NCBI GenBank assembly: GCA_965237955.1
Contig: OZ250169.1
Coordinates: 3,776,001-3,840,000, forward strand
Length of the DNA: 64,000 bases
From: Candidatus Marinacidobacterales bacterium
Lineage (GTDB): Bacteria > Acidobacteriota > Vicinamibacteria > Marinacidobacterales > SMYC01
Reading direction: 5' to 3'
Shown here: piece after piece, positions 31,478 through 41,505 of the stretch
Layout: every line of letters begins with the position of its first letter
How positions within the stretch are numbered: the first letter of the stretch is position 1
Position numbers and translations under genes: made by a program
The notes under the pieces: generated by a model
What the model was told of the DNA's origin: nothing
Database searches by the model: none
What the model saw: only the letters and a program-made list of their open reading frames with translations

Positions 31478-31579
31478 TTGCACACCTCCGTGACGTTTCT
31501 ACCTATATATGTGCGCCAAAGCCCCTGTTGGTTACATTACACCTTATTAATGTTCGACGAGCGACGCGCGTCGCCCCGA

Positions 31580-31700
31580 CCCTCCCTCTCCCCCGTGGGG
31601 GGAGAGGGCCTGGGGTGAGGGGGATGTCCAGATTCACGAGCCGAGCCGCGCGGACTTTCGAGTCACAATGAGTAGTGCGGTAACACCCTCACCCCCCTCT
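31580..31700. repeat. REP-like GC-rich palindromic element pair (CCCTCACCC/CCCTCTCCC type)
   Basis: Hairpin CCCTCTCCCCC-GTG-GGGGGAGAGGG at 31584-31608; GGGGTGAGGG at 31612 inverted to CCCTCACCCC at 31686 (second copy truncated). Confidence 0.6.
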
Positions 31701-31705
31701 CATCT

Positions 31706-31929
31706 ACAGCGAGTTCGACTTCCGGCGCTCGCTCGAGTTTGTTGTCAACTACGGACGCGACAACGACGCGACCGCCGCGGTCACTGGAGCGCTGCTAGGC
31801 GCTTACGTCGGTGCGGAAGCGCTTCCCGAGAGGTGGGTTCACACGACGCTCGAGAGAAATCGCGCCATTGGGCTCGACCTCGAAGACTTGACCGATCGTC
31901 TCTTGTCTGCGATCGAGCGCCGCCGATAG
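31706..31929 (+). pseudogene. C-terminal remnant of an ADP-ribosylglycohydrolase family protein
   Basis: Manual translation LEFVVNYGRDNDATAAVTGALLGAYVGAEALPERW... Confidence 0.7.
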
Positions 31930-31932
31930 CGC

Positions 31933-32554
31933 TTAGTCTTCGACGAGCCCGGCGCGCTTGATGAGAGCTCTGGCAAAAATCTGCCGGTGCTCGATGCTGA
32001 GCTCGTCCAACTGGATCAAGTGAGACTGTCCGCCAGCGAGCGTGAGCTTCATCGTCCTCCAGTCGGGAAGCTCGAGCGCGGTCTGTCGGACCATCCTGAC
32101 GCCATCGAACTGGATGTTGCCGGCGATACGCCCGTAGCCGAACCCCTCGAGCTCCAACCCCTCGACAGATTCCCACCGGATGAGAGTGTCGAGGTCGGGT
32201 GGAACTTTGAGCGTCAACCCTTCCGGGGCGACTTCGAGACGGTAGCCGGTCATTGATGGATAGTCCTTGGCGACGAGCCACCCCGCAGTGGCGAGAAGCG
32301 CCACGCCGACGAGGATCGAACCGGGCTTCGCGCCTCATGTGGAGACGATCCAAAGGGCGATCACGGCGATCGCCGCTGAGCGGCCGAACACGACGATACG
32401 GTTGAACTGCGTATCGAAGTGGATGACCACGTCGTCGCTCGCCATGCGGGAGGAGCCGTGCCCGACGGGCTCGCCAATCTGCTCCGAGACGAGGCAGCCG
32501 GCTGCCGTGACGACAAGAAGGCAACAAGCGAGGAACCATTTGGGGGTCATCCAT
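31933..32554 (-). pseudogene. hypothetical membrane protein, frameshifted
   Basis: Two consecutive hydrophobic ORF pieces in different frames (32335-32550, 31933-32304). Confidence 0.4.
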
Positions 32555-32608
32555 CCAGTTTGGAACCCGACTTGCCGGACGTCAACCGTCACGGCTATTC
32601 TCACGCCC

Positions 32609-33756
32609 ATGAAAACATTGCCGCTCGTAGCCCTATTGGCTTCCATCCCGGCGACCGCTCAAGAAGACTGGCCGACTCATGGCGGCGATCCCGGCGGAAT
32701 GAAGTACTCGAGCTTGTCGCAAATCACGAGCGACAACGTGGACCAGCTCAAGCTCGTGTAGACGTGGGAGACCGGAGATGCTCCCATCCCCGCGGCGAAA
32801 ATCGCGTTCCGGAATACCGAGATCAAGCCGGGCAAGTTCCAGGGCACACCGGTGATGGTGGACGCTAAGCTCTTCATCGCTACTTCCTACACCCAGGTTG
32901 CAGCGCTCCAGCCGGAAACAGGAAAGGAGCTTTGGCGTTACGACCCTCGAGCCTACGAGTGGGGCATGCTCCCTCGCGGCTGCGGGTTTAGAGCGGCCGG
33001 TTCCCGCGAGCGACGTGCCCTGGGAGCGTCTCGCGACCACTCAGCCCTTCCCTACCAAACCCCCGCCGTTCGGGCGGCAGGGCTTCACCGAAGACGACCG
33101 CGTTGATTTCACTCCGGAGATCAAAGCCAAGGCGCTCGAAGCCATCAAAGGCCTACGGCTCGGTGACATCTTCACCCCGCCGTCGCTCGAGGGAACGCTT
33201 CTCATGCCGGGCGTTTGGGGCGTCGCAAATTGGGGCGGCGCGGCGTTCGACCAGGAGACCGCCATCCTCTACGTCAAGGCGACCAACTGGCCTTTCGTTT
33301 TCAAAGTCGGAAAGCCCAAGACCGGGACGGCCGACGGTTCAGATCGAAGACGGCATTCCGATCCACAAACCGCCCTACTCGACGCTCACCGCGATCGACC
33401 TGAACGGCGGCGAGCACGTGTGGCAGATCCCGCTCGGTGACACGCCGTCCCTGCGGGAGCATCCTTTATTAAAGGATGTCGATTTGCCGCCTCTCGGCGT
33501 CGGGCCGCCGCAACACGGTCAGTCGGGCCCTCTCGTGACCGCGGGCGGGCTCGTGTTCATCAGCGCGTCGAGCCCTTACCTGTACGCCTTCGACAAAGCG
33601 AACGGAGAGCTCGTATGGCAAACTGAATTGGGCGGCGGCGGATTCGGAAACCCCATGACCTATCAATCGCGCTCCGGACGTCAGTTCATCGTCATCGCTA
33701 CGTCGCAATCAGACGGAAGCGAGGCCAAGTTGATGGCGTTCGCACTCGAGCCATGA
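32609..33756 (+). pseudogene. PQQ-dependent (quinoprotein glucose-type) dehydrogenase remnant with stop and large deletions
   Basis: DWPTHGGDPGGMKYS.L.QI, TAG at 32759, TQPFPTKP, ANWGGAAFD, KPPYS, TAGGLVF, PMTYQ..SGRQF. Confidence 0.85.
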
Positions 33757-34751
33757 CTGCGCTCGCCGCCGTCGTTGCTCTTTTCCTGAGCCAAACACTT
33801 GACGCCGAGATTGTGCGCGTGTCCGTCGTCCGCGAGTCGAACGACGAAGTCGAGCTCCAGATCACGTACCGGCTAGCGCGAGTGCGCGAGGAGACGTCCC
33901 TCGGTGCCATCACGATGTTCGCGGGAAGCTCCACCAGTCATTGGTCGTACCAGACGGCGACGCTCGAGCCCGGTACCCACGAGGCGACGGTCACGGTGGG
34001 TCGGAACGCTGACGCGCCGCCGGTGTACCGCTCGGACAGCTTCAAGATCTCGATGTGGGGCGGAGCGCGTCTCGACTACACCTACCCGTTCGAAAAGCTC
34101 TGGTGCGCACAAGCGAGTGCGTGTCACGATGGCATGCTGGTGGCGGCACGAAACGCGCCGCTCGAAGAGCGGCTTACCTCGGTCCTTCCGTCGATCCGCG
34201 CTCAGGCGATCGCCGAAGCCGATGGACTCGACGACGAGCAAAAGCGTGAGCTCTTGCCGGGAGTTGTCGAACGCGTTCATCACGCCGAGCTTGATGTCCG
34301 CTTCAACGCTTTACGTCTTCTACAAGATTGGCAATTCAAGGATCCGATGCTCACCGTCCCTCTCGTCGAGGCGATGTCAGACCCCCACCCCGGTATCTCA
34401 CGCGTCGCGACGTCCGTGTTGACACGACTCGCCGAGCCGTCGGACACGCTTGCCGAAGACGCTTTGAAGCGCGCGGCTCAGTCGGCCGACGAGTCCACCA
34501 GGCGCTATGCCGAGGAAGGCCTCGCTCGACTCGAGCGAGACAGGAAACTTGCGCTGAAACCCAAGCTCGAGGGACCCACGCCCGATAACGAAGCCGACTG
34601 CATCGAGAGGGGCGGCCGCTGGGGGCGATTCGGTCTCTATTTGATTCCCGAATGCAACTTGCCGGCGACGATTCAAGAGCTCGCGTTCCGCTGGTCGTAC
34701 CGGGATAGTTTCGCGCCGGCCAAGGTGCGCGGGCAGGTCGAGGTGTTTTGA
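33753..34751 (+). CDS. exported protein with HEAT-like repeats
   Basis: Signal-like start; LVEAMSDPHPGISRVATSVL and similar repeats; Cys-containing tail. Confidence 0.55.
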   Translation: MTALAAVVALFLSQTLDAEIVRVSVVRESNDEVELQITYRLARVREETSLGAITMFAGSSTSHWSYQTATLEPGTHEATVTVGRNADAPPVYRSDSFKISMWGGARLDYTYPFEKLWCAQASACHDGMLVAARNAPLEERLTSVLPSIRAQAIAEADGLDDEQKRELLPGVVERVHHAELDVRFNALRLLQDWQFKDPMLTVPLVEAMSDPHPGISRVATSVLTRLAEPSDTLAEDALKRAAQSADESTRRYAEEGLARLERDRKLALKPKLEGPTPDNEADCIERGGRWGRFGLYLIPECNLPATIQELAFRWSYRDSFAPAKVRGQVEVF

Positions 34752-34799
34752 TGACATTCCGGAGGGCTGGCCGGTGATGTCTGTCGTGAGAGAGCCCAA

Positions 34800-35899
34800 T
34801 TGGACAAGCGCCTCTTGTTGCTGAAAGAGCTTCTCGAGAGAAACGGCGAAAAGCTTATGCCGGAACGGGAGCTCGCCTCACCGTTCGGCCATGGCTATCC
34901 CGTCGCGCGCCAGGTGCTCGAGACCTCTGTCGGTAAGGAAACGGAGGACTTGGAGTGGCTTTCGAACGGCGGTTACCTGGAGCGGCAGTTCTTCGACAAG
35001 ATTCACCTGTGCCCTTATTGCTCGCACTACGCCATCAACTTCCACGAAGTCTGCCCGCGCTGCAGGAGTGCCGACACGGGTATCGTCGAGATGGTGCACC
35101 ACTTTCGATGCGGCACGGTGGCGCCGGAGGCCGAGTTCCGAAACGGCGCACGCTTTACCTGCCCCAAGTGCCGTCGTCCGCTCCGGCACTTGGGGGTCGA
35201 TTACGAACGTCCGAGCGCGAGCTACGTTTGTGGAGGGTGTCGTCACCTCTTCCTCGATCCGCCAGTGTCATGCCGGTGCCTGAACTGCAGCGAGGAGTTC
35301 GACGTGGCAAAGGCGAAACTGCATAGCGTCTATTCGTACTCTCTTTCCGAGAACGGCGCCATCGCGGCCTCGCGAGAAAGGCTCGAGGACGGGCCCGCCT
35401 CTGGAAAATTTGTCGATGAAGAGCTGGCCATCTACAGCTTCGAATTTTTCGAAGAGCAGCTTGGCCAGGAGGTTCGAAAGTCGGAGCGCTACGAAAGGCC
35501 GGTTTCGGTAATGGTGGCTGGGCCCGACAATCTCACCGAATATCAGGATCTTCACGGAACGGAGGCTGCGGCGCGCTGCTGGCGGGACATCATGCAAGTG
35601 GCAAGGGAAGAGCTCAGGGACTGCGATATCCCTGCCCGCGCGCACGGCGGAGTTTCGTGGCGCTTCTCCCGGATACACCGCTCGCAGGCGCCCAGGTAGC
35701 GGCAAACCGCATCCTGGAACGGGTCCGGAATCTCGGCAACGTAGCCGCGGGCGTGACTCTGTCCGTAGGGCTTTCGAGCCTGTCTCCCGACACCCGGGGT
35801 ACCGAGCAACTGCTCTCCCTCGCGCAAGAGAGACTCGAGCGCGCTCGTGCGGCGGGTGGAGACGGCGTCGAGCCCGAGGCGACGGAGGACAACGCGTGA
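34800..35899 (+). pseudogene. TackOD1-like multi-Cys metal-binding domain fused to a degenerate GGDEF domain, one frameshift
   Basis: CPYC, CPRC, HFRCG, CPKC..LRHLGVDYE, CGGC, CLNC; then EVRKSERYERPVSVM, LRDCD (RxxD), shift near 35652 into FVALLPDT..LSVGL. Confidence 0.75.
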
Positions 35900-38235
35900 A
35901 ACAAGGAGCGTGCCGGACACGTGCGTGGGTGATGCTCGCGCTCGCGCTCTGGGGTCTGAGTGGCTGCGCGAGCCCCCGGGTTTCGGTTCCCGCCCTCCCC
36001 GCCTCGTCCCAGGTCGAGCCCTTCGAGCGAGCTTTGATGTCCTACGTTCGTGCGGAGCGCCCCCCGACGGAGGAAGCTCTTTTCGCGGCCATCGAGCGAG
36101 AGCCGTACGACGAACGGGCCCGGGAGCTTTTACGTGCTCTGTGGGACGAGCACGGTAAGGGCTCGAGAGAGGCTCCGTTGCCACCCGATATGGCCATCGA
36201 CCAGGTACAGAGTCCGCTCGAGCCGTCGCGATTGATGCGTCTCGTTCTCGGAAGGAATGTCGAGGTGCGCCAAGCCGTCTATGGCGTGGTCGAGGCACGC
36301 GGACGGCTCCGGGAAGCGAATGTAAGCGTCACGCCAGAGTTTCGGCTTCTCACCCGATTTCACCCCGTAGGGATATTCGCTTCGCTCACCCAATCGATCT
36401 TCGGTGGCATGTGGCAACGCAAGGCCGAGATGCGCGAGGCCGAGGCGCTCGTGGTGGAGGCGCTCGCAGAGTACGCCCGCGTGCGGACCGGAATCCAGGA
36501 CCGAGCCCTCGACGCCTATTTCGACCTGCTGGAGGCACAAGAGCTCGCCGAGGTTCTGACGAGAGAGCTCGAAGCGAAAGATGAACGATACCGTGTCGTT
36601 TCCGTTCTAGCACGCTACGGGACAGCGCTGGATCGCGACGTGCTGGCCGCGCGTCACGATATAGAGACGACGCGCCGGCGACGCATCGACGTGGAGCGTC
36701 AGTCAACGCTGGCCGAAGCCACTTTGAATGCTCTTCTGAACCGATATGTAGCCGAGCCGATACCGGTGGCGAGACGGTCGGTTGCCCAAACATCACCCGA
36801 GAGCCTGGAGCGCGCTCTGGCCCTGGCGGAGCAGACTCGAGCAGACATTCGGAAGGCCGAAGCTCGCGCCGAGGGAGGGCGTGCCGGTGAGGACAAGGTG
36901 GCCTCGGCGCTCCCCCGCATCGACCTGCGCGCTTCGTACGGAGAGTCGAGCGAGGAAGGCCGCGGTGACTTCCTGGAAGGCGCGAGCATCGGGATGGTCT
37001 TTGCCACTCCGATTGCGATCTGGCCCCTCAGACAAGCCCGCCTCGATCAGCAGGAGGCCCTGGTGCGCCAACTCGAGCTCGAGCTCGAGAGAGTGGAGCT
37101 AGAGGTCGCGGTGGAAGTCGTCGCAGCCTATGAAGCCCTTGCCACGGCCGAAATGGTGCGGCAGGAGCTTCGGCGGCAGATGGAAGCCGCGCGGGAAGCG
37201 AGGCGAGTCGCCCATGTTGTCGAGCGGTGGGGAGGACAGGGCGGCCGCCTGCTTTCCGTGGAGGCTGAAGTGGCTTCGACCGAGGCCCGCGCCGCGTGGA
37301 TTCGCGGGGATTACGGCGTGCATCGCGCTCGGGTAACCCTCCATCGCGCGGTGGGCGTTTTGCCGGAACGACTCGATTTCGAGAACCTTCTCCCTAGCGA
37401 AGCACGTCTACCCGTTGCGACCCGAAATCCGGGGGACGGCCGCGCATTGTGGGTTTGGAGTCCCGACTTTCAGGGCTCCTCCGCGGAGAGGGAGTTCTTC
37501 CTTGATTTCGCCGAAGCAAGACAGCTCGGATCGATCTTTCTCTTCGTCTCGCTGCGTGAGCTCGACGAGCATCCCGACCGCTTCCGTTCGTTTCTGAGTC
37601 TCGCCCATGACCGGGGGGTGGCCGTTTCGGCGCTGAACGGCGAGCCCGAATGGACTCGTCCCGGGAAGCGAGCTTCCGCGGATGCCTTTGTCGCAGCCGT
37701 CATCTCCTTCAATCGCTCGGCGGCGCTGGGAGAGCGGTTCGATGGTCTTCACTTGGACGTGGAGCCACACCTCCGATCGGAATGGGACGAGAACAGCGAG
37801 ACGACCATGGCGCACTATGTCGACCTGCTCGAATCGGTTTCGGAGCGGACCCGCCCGGAGCAGCTTCCGTTGGTCGTGGACATCCCAGTTTGGTGGGAGT
37901 CGAGAACGTTTCACGGAGCCTCCTTTCTCGAGAAGATCGCGGTTGTCGCCGACGAGATCGTCGTCATGGCCTATGATCGGCCAGCAGATCGGGTCATCGA
38001 TGATGTGGCCGAGGAAATGGCTTTAACCGCGGCGCTCGGAAAGCGAATGTGGATTGGAGTCCGCGCCAAGCGAGAGGACTTTGCTACCGGAGACGATCTT
38101 CAGCCTGCGGAGTCTCGCCTGGAAGAGCTGCTTTCGAAGATAGCGGAGGCCTATAGCGGGCGCGCGGAGCTCAAGGGTCTGGCCATTCATGATTACGACG
38201 CCTACCGCGAGCTCCTCCTCCACCGCGGGTACTAG
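35896..38235 (+). CDS. TolC-family outer-membrane lipoprotein fused to a C-terminal glycoside-hydrolase-like TIM barrel
   Basis: Lipobox LSGC; two OEP-like helical repeats; C-terminal RALWVW, FDGLHLDVEP, VVMAYD, GLAIHDY. Confidence 0.75.
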   Translation: MKQGACRTRAWVMLALALWGLSGCASPRVSVPALPASSQVEPFERALMSYVRAERPPTEEALFAAIEREPYDERARELLRALWDEHGKGSREAPLPPDMAIDQVQSPLEPSRLMRLVLGRNVEVRQAVYGVVEARGRLREANVSVTPEFRLLTRFHPVGIFASLTQSIFGGMWQRKAEMREAEALVVEALAEYARVRTGIQDRALDAYFDLLEAQELAEVLTRELEAKDERYRVVSVLARYGTALDRDVLAARHDIETTRRRRIDVERQSTLAEATLNALLNRYVAEPIPVARRSVAQTSPESLERALALAEQTRADIRKAEARAEGGRAGEDKVASALPRIDLRASYGESSEEGRGDFLEGASIGMVFATPIAIWPLRQARLDQQEALVRQLELELERVELEVAVEVVAAYEALATAEMVRQELRRQMEAAREARRVAHVVERWGGQGGRLLSVEAEVASTEARAAWIRGDYGVHRARVTLHRAVGVLPERLDFENLLPSEARLPVATRNPGDGRALWVWSPDFQGSSAEREFFLDFAEARQLGSIFLFVSLRELDEHPDRFRSFLSLAHDRGVAVSALNGEPEWTRPGKRASADAFVAAVISFNRSAALGERFDGLHLDVEPHLRSEWDENSETTMAHYVDLLESVSERTRPEQLPLVVDIPVWWESRTFHGASFLEKIAVVADEIVVMAYDRPADRVIDDVAEEMALTAALGKRMWIGVRAKREDFATGDDLQPAESRLEELLSKIAEAYSGRAELKGLAIHDYDAYRELLLHRGY

Positions 38236-38246
38236 ACCCATATGCC

Positions 38247-39433
38247 ATGAGATTGAAGAAGATCGAGGCGATGGCGGAGCCCCGGATTCCCCCCGATCGC
38301 GCGGGCGAAGTGGAGGCACGGCGCCGATTCCGGCTCCGAGTGCTCGGCGTCGTTTCGTTGCTCGTCCTCGCGGTCGTCGTCGTTTGGTGGTGGAAGGGGC
38401 GTTTTGTCTCGACCACGGGAAGGGTGGTGGCATACGAAGTGCTCGTCAACGCGACGGAGCGGGGACGAATCGTGTCTCTTCCCGTCACGGAAGGCGAGCG
38501 TGTCCGGGCCGACGAGGTCGTGGCTCGTCTCGATCCAAAGGAGAGACAGGCGGAGTTGAAGCGAGCCGAGGCGGTTTTGCAGCAAACGCGTTCCCATCTT
38601 GCTGCGCTCGACGAGACCGGACTCGATCCCAACGCCTTCGCCCAGGTCGAGATTTCCAAGCGGGAGCACTTGCAAGCTCGCGAGCGGTTGAGCCGAGCGC
38701 AAGCGGAACTCGAGCAAGCGCAAAAGGAGCTGGCTCGGCTGAGACGATCCGCGGAACGGGTCGATCGAGTATTCTTGCTCAAAGCAGTGACCCGTGCCGA
38801 GTGGGAGGCCGCGCGGGAGGATCTCGACAAGGCGGAAACGCATCACGCCGCGGCCCGCACTCGGGTGGCCGAGGAAGAGGCAGCCCGTTCAGGCGGCCGA
38901 GCGCCTCCTGGAGCGAGCCCGGGAAGCCCTTGCCTTCGCGCGACGGGAGCTCGCCGATGAGCTCGAGGCGCGCCGGATGGCGATCGTTCAGGCCGAAGGA
39001 CAGGTCGAGGCGGGCGCGCGCAGGGCTCGCGGAAACATCCATCCGCGCTCCCCGGGACGGCGTCGTGTCGTGGCTTCCTCGTAGGGTCGGAGAGGTGGTG
39101 GACCAGAACGATATTATCCTGAGCCTGATGGATCCCGACGAAGTCTGGATCGAAGCCTACGTGAGTGGCGAGGAGTTATCTCAGCTGCGGGACGGGCTTC
39201 CGGCGAAGATACATTTTTCGGGCCCCTCACGGGAAATTTTCGATGGACGCCTGCTTCTGCTTCACGCTTCCCCGAGAGCCGATCAGCAGACGGTTCGGGT
39301 GGGGCCGGAAAGGGCGCGCTCCGCGGCTCGGCTCGGAGCATTGCTGCACGCGGTGAAAGTGGTGTTCGAGGGAGAAGCACCCCAAGGACTCTGGCCCGAG
39401 ACGATCGTCCAGGTACGGATCTCGAAACGCTGA
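38247..39433 (+). pseudogene. HlyD-family periplasmic adaptor, frameshifted
   Basis: TM, GRIVSLPVTEGERV..DEVVARLD, coiled coil; IRAPRDGVV..GEVV in another frame; shifts near 38890 and 39020. Confidence 0.8.
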
Positions 39434-39526
39434 TGTTCCTGCTCGGTTTGCTCCTTGACAGGCAGCGAGATGTAGAGATAGAAACAGGCATGAACGAAGA
39501 CTTTCGACTGCGGTCTGGCAGAGGCC

Positions 39527-40192
39527 GTGACGTTCGCCGCCGGGGGCTGGCTGGGTGCGGGTTCACTTCTCCTGGCCGCCGCTCCCTGTCTGGGGACCCC
39601 GATAAGCTTGGGATCGACGGACTTCGAGTATCTGACCTCTCCTCCTCCGAATTTCCAAACGAGCGGAAACGGTGCGAACGAGCCCATCGGGGACTTCACC
39701 TTTCCGATCCCGCCGGGCCTCTTCGATGCGTCGGGTGATCCCGGATCTTTCGTGGCCACTTCGTTGTCGATTACCTTCACGGTATTCGACGGCGATACCG
39801 CGACCGAGGACGAGCCCGATTTCGGCGATCTGTTTCTCTCCCTCGGAATCCCTGGAACGTCATCGATCCTGGAGTTGCCGCTTCCGCTCGCTGGATTCGG
39901 CGACCAACGTCTGGATACCGCCACCAATACACTCGACCTCGGTGATGAGGTCACAACGGGGCTTGCTCTCGCCGCTTTCCTGTCCGAGACCCAGGGCATG
40001 ATTCTATTCTTCATTCTGGATGCGGACGAAGGGGGTAACCGGCTCACCTTTACCGACGCGCCGGAGGACGACTTCTTCCTGTCCGTTACCCTCGACCAGC
40101 GGATTCCAGAGCCGGCCACGTTGGCCCTTCTAGCGATGGGGATTTTCCTCGCCGCTTGGCATCGACGCCGCAAGATCGCGGCGAGGAGTTGA
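39527..40192 (+). CDS. PEP-CTERM sorting-domain protein
   Basis: C-terminal IPEPATLALLAMGIFLAAWHRRRK; signal-like N-terminus; start uncertain. Confidence 0.85.
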   Translation: MTFAAGGWLGAGSLLLAAAPCLGTPISLGSTDFEYLTSPPPNFQTSGNGANEPIGDFTFPIPPGLFDASGDPGSFVATSLSITFTVFDGDTATEDEPDFGDLFLSLGIPGTSSILELPLPLAGFGDQRLDTATNTLDLGDEVTTGLALAAFLSETQGMILFFILDADEGGNRLTFTDAPEDDFFLSVTLDQRIPEPATLALLAMGIFLAAWHRRRKIAARS

Positions 40193-40209
40193 GACGAAAA
40201 GGCCTCGAG

Positions 40210-40485
40210 TTAAAGCCCGTCATCGTCCTTTTCGAGCGCTCGCTTGCCAAGCTGATCTCGAAGAATACGATTCTCGGTGACGAGGTACTCGTTGCGCAGG
40301 AGCAGTTCTCGGTCGACCGATCCGGTGATGTACGCCAGCATGGTCTTCCAGTCCATTGGTCTCCCCGGAGAACTGGAGTAACTACCTGACCACGGCCTGT
40401 GATTCAACCGGTCTAACGGGCAGAGGCCGAACCCTCTCAAACTGCTCTACGAGGCGCGCGTTTGAGTTTGTTGACCAGACGGGCT
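40210..40485 (-). mobile_element. left-end remnant of an integrase-core (rve-type) transposase element
   Basis: MDWKTMLAYITGSVDRELLLRNEYLVTENRILRDQL is a recognisable transposase N-terminus, truncated. Confidence 0.6.
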
Positions 40486-40560
40486 CGACGATCGTTCGAG
40501 GTACTTGCTTGAACTACGTCGAAGACGGCAAAGTCAACGGCACTATCTGCGTCGATTGAG

Positions 40561-41505
40561 CTAGGGGTAGCTGGCGACCCCAACCGTCCGCTCTTCGGGA
40601 GAAAGGCTCTCGGTACGCTCGACGACGAGCGTGCCGGTGCCTTCGTTGGTAAAGACCTCGAGGAGTAGGCTGTCCGCCTCGTTGAAGTTGATGATGTGCA
40701 CGCGCCTGACGCCCCCAGTGAGCGCTGCTTCGATCGAGGCCGCCTTGGGCATCATCCCCTCGGCAAGGCTTCCCTTTTCACGTAGGGCTCTCAAGCCGGC
40801 AAGATCGAGATAGGACACGAGCGAGTCCGGATCCGAGGCGTCTTCGAGAATACCCGGAGCGCCGGTGGCGAGGATGAGTTTTTCCGCCTTCAACGAAACG
40901 GCGAGGGCGGCGGCAACCGTGTCCGCATTGATATTGAGAAGCGTCCCGGAGCTGTCGGCGGACAGAGGGCTCACGACCGGCAACAACCCGAGCCCCAACT
41001 GCTTTTCGAGCACGTCGACTTCGACGCCTTCAATGTCGCCGACGAAGCCGAAATCGACTGGAGCTTCTTTCTCGCGCATGACCACCGGCGGGCGCTTCGA
41101 CGCTTTGATGAGACCGGCATCGACACCGCTGATCCCAACGGCGGGTACTTGAAGGTCACGGCACGCCGCGAGGATGCGGGTGTTGATGAGCCCATTCAAA
41201 ACCATCGTCGTCACTTCGAGAGATTCCTCGTCGGTGACGCGCCGGCCCTGGACCATGCGGGTGTCGACGCCGAGCGCTTTCGCGAGCTCGGTCGCTTGCG
41301 GCCCTCCGCCGTGAACGAACACGATACGGATCCCGAGTTGATGCAGGAGCGCAACCTGTTCGATGAGGGCGCGGGTCGACGTTTTGCTGGCGAAGATGGC
41401 GCCGCCCGCCTTCACGACAAACGTCTTGCCTTTGTACATGCGGATGTACGGCGCAGCCTGCTTGAGCGCCGTGACGACGATCGCCCGTTCCGTCGCGGCT
41501 TTCAC
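40561..41505 (-). CDS. argB: acylglutamate kinase ArgB
   Basis: PYIRMYKGKTFVVKAGG, VHGGGPQ, GRRVTD, LNINAD, GMMPK, EVFTNEGTGT; GTG overlaps the argF stop. Confidence 0.93.
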   Translation of the reverse strand: MKAATERAIVVTALKQAAPYIRMYKGKTFVVKAGGAIFASKTSTRALIEQVALLHQLGIRIVFVHGGGPQATELAKALGVDTRMVQGRRVTDEESLEVTTMVLNGLINTRILAACRDLQVPAVGISGVDAGLIKASKRPPVVMREKEAPVDFGFVGDIEGVEVDVLEKQLGLGLLPVVSPLSADSSGTLLNINADTVAAALAVSLKAEKLILATGAPGILEDASDPDSLVSYLDLAGLRALREKGSLAEGMMPKAASIEAALTGGVRRVHIINFNEADSLLLEVFTNEGTGTLVVERTESLSPEERTVGVASYP

